The notes under the pieces are model-generated. The model did not search any database, had not been told where the DNA came from, and worked only from the letters and a program-made list of their open reading frames with translations. The position numbers and the translations under genes were made by a program. 64,000 nt of DNA, taken from contig CAVVZQ010000006.1 in assembly GCA_963752715.1 (NCBI GenBank), positions 93,179 through 157,178 of the forward strand, in the 5' to 3' direction. Numbering within the stretch: the stretch's first letter is position 1; each line of letters starts with the position of its first letter. This DNA comes from an uncultured Actinomycetota bacterium (lineage in GTDB: Bacteria; Actinomycetota; Actinomycetes; Mycobacteriales; CAVVZQ01). Positions 19,632 to 27,858 of this stretch are shown piece after piece.

Positions 19632-19911
19632 AGGACGCGTCAGAGGGACGCTGGAGGGAGCCCGGCATGGCTACACACCGCCATGGATCAGGCGCCCCGT
19701 GCGAGCGGGGGGGAAATGCCGCGCGGTCGGGGGGGGTCGACCAGCTGCGGCCCTCGCACGGGGCGCCTTCACACACTAGGACGCTCGCAGAGCGCCGAGA
19801 TGTTGCGAGACCAGCCAGAGTGTGACGTAGGTCATACAGAGGGCCAGCGTGTCTTCCCGCCCCCCGATGATGGAGTGGCGCCTGCCCTCAGCGTCGAGGG
19901 TGCCGCCGCGA

Positions 19912-20979
19912 TCAGGCATCCGTGGAGAAGCGGACGGCACACGCTCCGAGCTCGACGCCCGGCCAGACCCGCGCCCCGCCGATCAGCTCGTTGCGGGGAC
20001 CGATCACAGCTCCGTCCCCCACCACCGCATCCACCAGCACGACGTCGTCGGACAGGACCGCGCCGCGTCCGACGACCGAGTGCTCCAGTCGGCAGTTGGC
20101 ACCGACCCGTGCCTCGTCGAAGACCACACAGCCCCGGATCCGGCTCGACGACCCGATGCGGGCCCCCCGTCCCACCGTCGTCCCATCGCTGAGCTCGGCA
20201 TCCGGTGCGACCTCGGCTCCCGGCAGAACCAGCGCTTCCCCGGTCGGTCCAGGCAGGGCGAAGGTCGGCGCGATACCTCTCACGAGGTCACGGCAGCCCT
20301 GCACGAAGGCCTTCGGTGTTCCCAGGTCGAGCCAGTAGGTGGAGTCAACGTGTCCGTACACGGCAGCCCCCCGCTGCAGCAGTGCAGGGAAGGTCTCGCG
20401 CTCCACCGAGACGGCCCGACCGGCCGGGATCTCCTCGACTATCTCCCGACGGAACAAGTAGCAGCCGGCGTTGATCTGGTCGGTGACCGGGTTCGGGGAC
20501 TTCTCGAGGAAGTCCTGGACACGGCCGGACTCCCCGGTCGGCACCGAGCCGAAGGCTCGAGGGTCCTCCACCCGCGTGAGGTGGAGTGTGACGTCAGCGT
20601 CGTGTCGCTCATGGGATGCGATCATCGCGCGGAGGTCGAGTCCGGACAGCACGTCACCGTTGAAGATCATGACCGACTGGGCCCGCAACAGGTCCGCCAC
20701 GTTGCGGATGCCGCCACCCGTCCCGAGCGGCACCTCCTCTGTGACGTACTCGATGTCGAGCCCCACCTGGGAGCCGTCCCCGAAGTGGGACCGGAACACC
20801 TCGGGCTTGTACGACGTCGAGAGGATGACGTGCCCGATCCCCGCCTCACGCACCCGACTGAGCAGGTGTTCCAGGAAGGGCACTCCCGCGGTGGGCAGCA
20901 TGGGCTTGGGCGTGGTCACGGTCAGGGGCCGCATCCGCGTGCCCTGACCTCCGACGAGCACTATCGCATCTACTGACAC
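19912..20979 (-). CDS. manC: Mannose-1-phosphate guanylyltransferase (NTP-transferase plus left-handed beta-helix)
   Basis: GTG at 20979 followed by SVDAIVLVGGQGTRMRPLTVTTPKPMLP. The C-terminus has hexapeptide repeats. The upstream part of ORF 19912..21192 is junk. Confidence 0.88.
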   Translation of the reverse strand: MSVDAIVLVGGQGTRMRPLTVTTPKPMLPTAGVPFLEHLLSRVREAGIGHVILSTSYKPEVFRSHFGDGSQVGLDIEYVTEEVPLGTGGGIRNVADLLRAQSVMIFNGDVLSGLDLRAMIASHERHDADVTLHLTRVEDPRAFGSVPTGESGRVQDFLEKSPNPVTDQINAGCYLFRREIVEEIPAGRAVSVERETFPALLQRGAAVYGHVDSTYWLDLGTPKAFVQGCRDLVRGIAPTFALPGPTGEALVLPGAEVAPDAELSDGTTVGRGARIGSSSRIRGCVVFDEARVGANCRLEHSVVGRGAVLSDDVVLVDAVVGDGAVIGPRNELIGGARVWPGVELGACAVRFSTDA

Positions 20980-21019
20980 GGAACCGGACGATACCGGGCC
21001 GCGCCGCGAGGAGCAGTGG

Positions 21020-22177
21020 TCAGACGGACGCGCTCGCTGTCTGGTAGGCCCGCTCGTAGGTCTCCAGATGCAGCCGCGCACTGCTGTCCCACGTGAACTC
21101 CTTGGCGCGGGCAATGCCCTTCTCACCGAGCGTGGCGCGCAGCTCCGCGTTGTCGAGCAGCGTCGCGAGCCCGTCGGCCAGGGAGTCCGCATCGATTCCG
21201 GTGTAGTAGACGGCGTCTCCCCCCACCTCGGGCAGGGAGAGCATGGAGGTCGTCATGACGGGCGCGCCGCACGCCATCGCCTCCAGCACGGGCAGGCCGA
21301 ATCCCTCACCCCGCGACGGGTAGGCGACGAACAGTGCCCCGCCGAGATACGCGGGCAGGTCCGCGAAGTGCAGATAGCCCGGACGCAGTATGCGCAGGTG
21401 GCTCGGCACGTTGGCCATCGCGCGGTCCACCTCTTCGTCCCAGCCCGAGGAGCCGGCGATGACCAGTGCGGGCGGGTCTTTGCGATCTGCCGCCACCCGC
21501 ACCCACGCCTCGATCAGAGCCGGCACGTTCTTGCGGGGCTCCAGTGTCCCGAGGAACGCGATGTATCCCGGCTCCTCCGGCAGGCCGAGCCGCTGTCGGA
21601 TCACGTCCCGCTCCGTCTGCGTAGGCGGGTGGAAAGTGTTGGTGTCGACGCCGTGAGGAATGACGTCCACCCTGTCGACGTCGGCCTCGAGCAGGCGACG
21701 CAGCTCGGCCCGGGTCGCATGTGAGGGCACGACGATGCGGCTCGCACGAGTGAGTGCCGTCCGGGTGGCCGAGCGGAAGAACACTCCCTTGACCGAGGTG
21801 TGGACGCCGGGGTCGGTGAAGAAGGTGACGTCGTGCAGCGTCACGACTACGGGGCGGTCCCCGCGCAGCGGCATCGTGTAGTGCGGCGAGTGGATCACGT
21901 CGGCGCCGACCTTCTCGGCGACGATCGGCAGGCCGGTCTGCTCCCAGGACAGTCGGGCGGGCCGGTGGGAGATCGAGGCAGGCCCGGCGATCACGGACGC
22001 CGTCGGTGCCATCCTGCCGAACCGCTCGTGATCCGACCGCTGGCACACAACGGCGAAGTTCGCGCCGAGGTCGTCCAGGGACGTGATCAAGTAGTCGACA
22101 TAGCGGCCCACGCCACCCCGGTCAGCGGGCACCGCGGTCGCGTCGATCAGGACCCGGGGCTGCTTGCCGCCTGCCAC
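21020..22177 (-). CDS. GT4-family (GT-B fold) glycosyltransferase
   Basis: EGFGLPVLEAMACGAPV (an E-x7-E motif). Start is GTG 22177 or TTG 22180, just before KQPRVLIDAT. Confidence 0.85.
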   Translation of the reverse strand: MAGGKQPRVLIDATAVPADRGGVGRYVDYLITSLDDLGANFAVVCQRSDHERFGRMAPTASVIAGPASISHRPARLSWEQTGLPIVAEKVGADVIHSPHYTMPLRGDRPVVVTLHDVTFFTDPGVHTSVKGVFFRSATRTALTRASRIVVPSHATRAELRRLLEADVDRVDVIPHGVDTNTFHPPTQTERDVIRQRLGLPEEPGYIAFLGTLEPRKNVPALIEAWVRVAADRKDPPALVIAGSSGWDEEVDRAMANVPSHLRILRPGYLHFADLPAYLGGALFVAYPSRGEGFGLPVLEAMACGAPVMTTSMLSLPEVGGDAVYYTGIDADSLADGLATLLDNAELRATLGEKGIARAKEFTWDSSARLHLETYERAYQTASASV

Positions 22178-22292
22178 CAACTCACCTCGCGGATATCGGA
22201 ACGCTCGGACAAGACTACGCCCGTCCACCGCGACTCACCGACCGGAGGCAGACTCGAGTTGCGCGGGCGCTGCTCGCCTAGGCTTGCGGACT

Positions 22293-23000
22293 GTGAACGC
22301 CTACCGTCGGGCAGCAGCCGCTGCGCTGCTGACAGTCGCACTGGGCGCGCTCGGCGCCTGCTCGTCACAGGACGCTGACCAGGGGAACAGCACCGGTGGC
22401 GACGACCCGCTCCGGGCGGCGGCGCCGTCGCCGACGGAATCGGCGACCCCGACGCCGCAGTCCGAACCCGGCCGCAACCCCCAAGCAGACCCGCTGCCGG
22501 AACCTGCGACCGAAGAGCCAGCTGCCGCCAGTCCGGCTCCCGCGCCGTCCCAGGCGGCCGCGAGGGCGACGACGAACGCATGTCGCTCCAGCCAGCTCAC
22601 CGGCGTCGAGGCTGACCGTCTCCTCGGCGACTCCGCTACCAAGGTCCTGTTCGTCTTCCGGACCGCCGCACCCGCGGGGTGCACGCTGCAGGGCTATCCC
22701 TCGATCACTCTTCTCGACGCCGCAGGAGCACCGGTGCCGGTGGCTGTGCGGCACGGCGGCCTCGGCCTGGTCACCACCAGCCCCAAGCCGCACGAGCTGC
22801 GTCCGGACGGCTCGCTGTCGTTCTTCCTGGCCATGCCTCCCCCGTCGGGAGGCAACTGCTCCTCCGCCGCCACGGTGCGCGTGGGCCTGCCCTCCAACGG
22901 GGGGTCGGTGGACGTGTCCAGCGACATCTCCGTCTGCACCGGGTCGGTCTCGGTGACCCCCTTCCAGGCACTCGGACAAGCCGGTCAGATCGGCAACTAG
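22293..23000 (+). CDS. DUF4232-type secreted lipoprotein
   Basis: GTG at 22293. Signal peptide and lipobox AAALLTVALGALGAC, a Pro/Ala/Thr linker, then CTLQGYPSITLLDAAGAPV. Confidence 0.7.
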   Translation: MNAYRRAAAAALLTVALGALGACSSQDADQGNSTGGDDPLRAAAPSPTESATPTPQSEPGRNPQADPLPEPATEEPAAASPAPAPSQAAARATTNACRSSQLTGVEADRLLGDSATKVLFVFRTAAPAGCTLQGYPSITLLDAAGAPVPVAVRHGGLGLVTTSPKPHELRPDGSLSFFLAMPPPSGGNCSSAATVRVGLPSNGGSVDVSSDISVCTGSVSVTPFQALGQAGQIGN

Positions 23001-23294
23001 CACCGGGATGTGACCGTCCAGGTCGCCCGAAAGGCCGGGCGGCTCGGGCCTCCGATTCCGAGTTGTGCGCGAACTGTGACGTCTCCGTAACGTTCCCGCT
23101 TCCCCCGACGCTGTGACCTGCTCGGACTCCGCCACCGCGACCGCCCCGACCCGGCCCCTGCCCCGCCGCGACCCGCCCCGCCTCGTCCAACACGCGAAGA
23201 GTCGTCGTCCGCCGGTCGGCGTGTCGGCCCTCGTCTAGGGGGGGTGCCCCTCGACGGGGAGTTCGCACTCTCGTACAGTCCCCAATCACAAATA

Positions 23295-23308
23295 GTCACT
23301 CCAGTCAC
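23295..23308 (+). promoter_or_regulatory. Direct repeat GTCACtcca-GTCACatgc (9-bp phasing), a candidate MtrA-type box
   Basis: Lies about 70 nt upstream of TTG 23377 in an AT-richer patch. A degenerate aTCACa lies at 23285-23290. Confidence 0.3.
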
Positions 23309-23376
23309 ATGCGTTGCAGCGTGTCGACTGGACATTGGGCGCTGAGGCGCACTCACAACGTTCGGAGAGGACTCCG

Positions 23377-25194
23377 TTGAACGGCTCCGCACCATCTCCG
23401 CTGTCGCCCAGAACGCGTGCCCGCATGGCCCTGGCCCTGGCCTTGGTCCCCGTGGCTGTCGCTGCCCCGGCGCTGGTGGTGACCGAGAGCTACCCGGGCT
23501 CTGCGCCAGCTCGGATCTTCTCGGCGAGCGCGTTCGCGGCGGCCCCCACACCGCGGGTCCCCAACGGCCTGCCATCGGCGATCGAGAAGTTCTCCGGGTA
23601 CCTGCCGCAGACCACCTGCGACCCAGTCGCCAAACCTGGCGTGACTGCCTTCCGAGCCATGGTCATGGGGCTGTACAGGGGGACGAGCGACTACGGAATC
23701 GTCCGCGACTGCGGTCTCGGCGGCACGAGCGAGCACAAGGAAGGCCGCGCCTGGGACTGGAAGGTCAGCGCGTACAACTCCACCCAGAAGGAGCAGGCCG
23801 ACACCCTGATGGCGTGGTTGCTGGCTCCGGACAAGAACGGCAACGAGGCCGCCATGGCCCGCAGGCTCGGCATCATGTACATCATCTGGAACCGGAAGAT
23901 CTGGGGTGCCTACGCAGCTGATAAGGGCTGGCGACCCTACTCGGGGGTCAGCGCACACACCGATCACGTGCACTTCTCCTTCTCATGGCCCGGGGCACTG
24001 AAGCAGACGTCGTTCTGGACCCGGTCGGTCGCCACCGTTCCGACCACACCGGTCGGCTTCGGGGTGTCGGGCAACGGCGCCGGGACCACGTCCTCCGCCG
24101 GCGGTGGGTCCACCACCGTGAAGTTCGGCGACCGGGGGACGCTCGTCGCGGCCGTACAGAAGGCCCTGAAGATCGACGCCGACGGCGTCTTCGGCAACCA
24201 GACCCGCACCGCCGTTGTCGCCTTCCAGACCCGCAAGAACCTCGTGCCGGACGGCGTCGTAGGGCCCACGACGCTGACGGCCCTGGGCCTCGACGGCAAG
24301 GGCAGGCCGCTGTCCGGAGCCTCGTCAGCGGTTCCGGTGTCGGCGCCCGAAGCCGGCCCCCAAGCCCGCCCGCCGCGCCCGCTCCCAAGCCCGCTCCCAA
24401 GCCCGCTCCGAAACCGGCCGCATCCAGCGCCCCGACCTCCGCCGGACTGCTCAAGGTCGGCTCCCGCGGCACCGCCGTCGCCAAGCTGCAACGCCTCCTC
24501 GGCATCAGCGCCGACGGCGTCTACGGCAGCCAGACCGCCGCCGCCGTCAAGAAGTTCCAGGCCAGCAAGGGCCTCACCGCCGACGGCATCGCCGGCCCCA
24601 ACACCGTGGCCGCCCTCACCGCAACCACACCCAAGCCGGCGCCCAAGCCGACCCCCAAGACCACGACCCAGCCCGCCCCCAGCCCGCTCCAGCCCGCTCC
24701 GAAACCGGCCGCATCCAGCGCCCCGACCTCCGCCGGACTGCTCAAGGTCGGCTCCCGCGGCAGCCGCCGTCGCCGAGCTGCAACGCCTCCTCGGCATCAG
24801 CGCCGACGGCGTCTACGGCAGCCAGACCGCCGCCGCCGTCAAGAAGTTCCAGGCCAGCAAGGGCCTCACCGCCGACGGCATCGCCGGCCCCAACACCGTG
24901 GCCGCCCTCACCGCAACCACACCCAAGCCGGCACCCGCCCCGAAGCCGGCGGCATCAGCAGGGTCGAACGTGGTGCCTGCGTCAGCAACGAAGCCGGTCG
25001 GATACCCCGGCACCACGCTCAAGACCGGGACCCGCGGGGCTGCGGTCCAGACCGTGCAGCGAGCCCTCAAGATCTCCGCCGACGGTGTGTTCGGCCCTCA
25101 GACGGCGGCCGCGGTGAAGACGTTCCAGGCAGCCAACGGTCTCAAGCCGGACGGCATCGTGGGCCCCCAGACATGGGCGAAACTGGTCCGTTAG
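23377..25194 (+). pseudogene. Secreted VanY/M15-motif (LAS-type) peptidoglycan peptidase fused to PG_binding_1 repeats (paralog 1). It has two frame breaks of opposite sign.
   Basis: The SD GGAGAGGA precedes TTG 23377, followed by a signal peptide. Carries SEHKEGRAWD (the SxHxxGxAxD motif) and HTDHVHFSF. The PG_binding_1 units (ADGVFG...PDGVVGP) are in frame up to about 24357. From 24357 to 24763 the correct units are in the 23985 frame, and after that they return to the first frame. Confidence 0.75.
24402..24932 (+). repeat. Intragenic direct duplication: 239/240-bp copies at 24402-24640 and 24693-24932
   Basis: By eye the two copies differ at 2 positions (aag/gag, and an extra g at 24763). 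Each encodes a linker plus one PG_binding_1 unit. Confidence 0.9.
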
Positions 25195-25210
25195 TTCCTC
25201 CCACAGCCAC

Positions 25211-26212
25211 CTAGTCGTCGGAGGGGCGGTCCGGTAGGTGCTCGCGGGAGCGGGTGGCGACCTGGCCCGACCCCAGGATGTTCAGCGCTCGCGTCAGCGC
25301 GAGGCGTGCCGCGAGGCCGAACCTGACCAGCAGCCGAAACGGCGCGGCACGCCAGCCGGGCCAGCGCCGGGAGACGTAGCGGTACGCCGAGTCGTGGTGG
25401 GCGGCCGCCATCCGGGCGCTCTGACGGCTAGTGGCGTGCCCTCCTTCATGTGTCACGCGAGCGGTCGGAGCGTAGACGTTCAGCCAGCCCGCGCCCCCGA
25501 GCCGTTCTCCGAGGTCGAGGTCCTCGAAGTACATGAAGTACCCAGGGTCGAAGCCCGCGACCGAGCGCCATGCGGCCGAGCGCACCAGCAAGCACGACCC
25601 TGAGAGCCAGTCGCAGGTGTGTTCGGCGAGCTCGGATCGCTCCCTTCGGTAGGCAACGGTCCACGGGTTGGACGTCCACCACCAGCCGAGCGCGGCATGC
25701 GCTGCTCCCCGCACCGGGTGCGGCACAGATCGAGCGCTCGGGTAGACGGCACCGTCGGGCGTCAGGATGGCGGGACCCACCGAACCGGCCCGTGGCCACC
25801 GGCGGCCGGCCGCGATCATCTCGTCTACGGCCCCCGGCTCGAAGACCACGTCCGGGTTCGTGACCAGGATCCACTCGGATTCCGTGTTGCGGGCGCCCGC
25901 ATTGGCCGCCGCCCCGTAGCCCAGGTTGGCCGGCATGCGCAGCAGCCGGACCGGGGCAGTCTCCCCGCCCGGGCGCATCGCTGCCTCGGGCGCTCCGTCG
26001 GTCGACCCGTTGTCCGCGAGAACCACCTCGTAGGGAACTGACAGCGCATGCTCAAGGCTGGCCAGGCACATCGCAAGTGTGGGCCCGGGCGAGTAGGTGA
26101 CGATCACCACCCGCACCAGAGGTGCCGTCCCGGGCGCAGTAGCAGGCCCGGTTGCAGACCCGGCTGCAGGCCTGGATCCAGGCCCCGATACAGGCCATGT
26201 GGCGCCGTTCAC
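25211..26212 (-). CDS. wbbL: GT2 rhamnosyltransferase WbbL (arabinogalactan linker-unit synthesis)
   Basis: VIVTYSPGPTLAMCLASLEHA...VVLADNGSTDG...FMYFEDLDL. Position next to manC and the LCP gene matches mycobacteria. The true start may be an internal GTG near 26116. Confidence 0.85.
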   Translation of the reverse strand: MNGATWPVSGPGSRPAAGSATGPATAPGTAPLVRVVIVTYSPGPTLAMCLASLEHALSVPYEVVLADNGSTDGAPEAAMRPGGETAPVRLLRMPANLGYGAAANAGARNTESEWILVTNPDVVFEPGAVDEMIAAGRRWPRAGSVGPAILTPDGAVYPSARSVPHPVRGAAHAALGWWWTSNPWTVAYRRERSELAEHTCDWLSGSCLLVRSAAWRSVAGFDPGYFMYFEDLDLGERLGGAGWLNVYAPTARVTHEGGHATSRQSARMAAAHHDSAYRYVSRRWPGWRAAPFRLLVRFGLAARLALTRALNILGSGQVATRSREHLPDRPSDD

Positions 26213-26318
26213 CTCGTCATGCTGTCACGTTGGGCTTCGCTTCGCGGCACGCGAGACACGCCGACAGGAGATGCGGGACTACACCGCTGTAATTCACTAG
26301 GGTGGACCCCCCTCTTCT

Positions 26319-26358
26319 GTGACTGATGTGACTCTCGTAGTCTCCTGTGACATGTCAC
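26319..26358. promoter_or_regulatory. GTGACtgat-GTGACtctc (GTCACatca-GTCACagaa on the minus strand) plus the palindrome GTGACATGTCAC spanning ATG 26352
   Basis: GTGAC at 26319, 26328 and 26347; GTCAC at 26354. Lies in the wbbL / paralog-2 divergent region. Confidence 0.3.
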
Positions 26359-27731
26359 GCCTCACGAGTAGCCACAGTCACCGTCGTCCGGCCGTGTCCC
26401 GGGCGTTGCTCGCTCTCGCGACCGCGACAGCGGTGACTCTCCCGCTCCTGCCTTCCGGCGTCGCCCACGCCGCAGCAGCGACACCTCGGGTGCCGGTCGA
26501 GCTTCCGAACGCCATCGAGGGCTTCTCCCCCTACGTCGGCCAGCAGTACTGCGACCCGGTGGTGCGACCGGGTGTCGCTGCCTTCCGTGCCGCCGTTCTC
26601 CGGGCCTACCCGGGATCCGGTGACTATGGGATCGTCCGTGACTGCGACCGGGGCGGTACCAGCGAGCACAAGGAAGGTCGCGCCTGGGACTGGCGGGTCA
26701 ACGCAGCCGTGCCGTCGCAGAACGCTGCGGCGCAGGCGCTGCTGAGCTGGCTGCTCGCCAAGGACGCCGCAGGCAACCCCGCAGCCATGGCTCGGCGGCT
26801 GGGGATCATGTACATCATCTGGGACGGACGCATGTGGCGGTCGTACCGGGCATCCGCCGGCTGGCTTCCCTTCGACGGGGCCAGCCGCCACAGCGACCAT
26901 GTCCACTTCTCGTTCTCCTGGGAAGGCGCCCTGCACGAGACGTCCTTCTTCACCGGCACGGTCGCCGCCCATCGGTCGGGACCACCCTGGCCACTTCCGC
27001 TGCAGCAGCCGACCGACGACTCGAGCGGCCAGAAGGGAGCGGCCCGCCCTGTCGGCACCGCCAGCAGCACCGGCAGCGTGGGTTACCCGGGCTACCCCCT
27101 CAAACCCGGCGCCACCGGACCCGCCGTCAGCACCGTCCAGCGCGCCCTCGGCCTCCCCGCCGACGGGAAGTACGGAGCCAACACCGACGCCGCCGTCACC
27201 CGCTGGCAGCAGGCCCACGGACTCACCCCCGACGGAGACGTCGGACCCATCACCTGGCGCCGACTCTTCGGCCATACCGGCACAACCGGCGCTGCCGGCG
27301 CATCCAGCAGGGTCGGATACCCGGGCTACCCCCTCAAACCCGGCGCCACCGGACCCGCCGTCAGCGCCGTCCAGCGCGCCCTCGGCCTCCCCGCCGACGG
27401 GAAGTACGGAGCCAACACCGACGCCGCCGTCACCCGCTGGCAGCAGGCCCACGGACTCACCCCCGACGGAGACGTCGGACCAATCACCTGGCAGCGACTC
27501 TTCGGCCAGGGCCAGGAGCTGGAACCGGTTTCCTCGCGGAAGGCGGTGGACACCCTGATGTACGGCTCGCGAGGTGGCAAGGTCACGAACCTCCAGAAGA
27601 AGCTGGGGATCCCCGCCAGCGGCTGGTTCGGCCCGCTCACGCGAGCCGCCGTCGTCAGGTACCAGACGGATCACGGCCTGACGGTCGACGGGATGGCCGG
27701 CCCCGAGACACGCGCCGCTCTGGGGGTGTGA
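26352..27731 (+). CDS. Secreted VanY/M15-motif peptidase fused to three PG_binding_1 units (paralog 2, intact)
   Basis: Signal peptide ...LLPSGVAHAAAA. Carries SEHKEGRAWD and HSDHVHFSF. Has two near-identical PG-binding repeats and a third divergent one. The track ORF begins at GTG 26319. Confidence 0.85.
   Translation: MSRLTSSHSHRRPAVSRALLALATATAVTLPLLPSGVAHAAAATPRVPVELPNAIEGFSPYVGQQYCDPVVRPGVAAFRAAVLRAYPGSGDYGIVRDCDRGGTSEHKEGRAWDWRVNAAVPSQNAAAQALLSWLLAKDAAGNPAAMARRLGIMYIIWDGRMWRSYRASAGWLPFDGASRHSDHVHFSFSWEGALHETSFFTGTVAAHRSGPPWPLPLQQPTDDSSGQKGAARPVGTASSTGSVGYPGYPLKPGATGPAVSTVQRALGLPADGKYGANTDAAVTRWQQAHGLTPDGDVGPITWRRLFGHTGTTGAAGASSRVGYPGYPLKPGATGPAVSAVQRALGLPADGKYGANTDAAVTRWQQAHGLTPDGDVGPITWQRLFGQGQELEPVSSRKAVDTLMYGSRGGKVTNLQKKLGIPASGWFGPLTRAAVVRYQTDHGLTVDGMAGPETRAALGV
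27083..27508 (+). repeat. Intragenic direct duplication, 234-bp period (copies at about 27083-27274 and 27317-27508)
   Basis: The copies differ at about 3-4 positions in about 190 bp. Each encodes GYPGYPLKPGATGPAVS.VQRALGLPADGKYGANTDAAVTRWQQAHGLTPDGDVGPITW. Confidence 0.9.
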
Positions 27732-27858
27732 GGCGCCCGGACCGCAACACGCGGTCGCTCGCCACGGCGAACACGCCCCGGCGCCAGCACGAGAATCTAG
27801 GCTTTCGGTACCCGCGTTTCGGGAACGGCCGGCGAATCAGCAGCGTCGTAGTGTTTAC

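Noticed and set aside
23001-23376. A ydaO/c-di-AMP-type riboswitch in the 375-nt leader of the peptidoglycan-enzyme gene
   Set aside because: Such riboswitches precede wall hydrolase genes in some actinobacteria. By eye I could not find the conserved core segments or the pseudo-symmetric helices. A covariance-model scan (Rfam RF00379) would be needed to decide.
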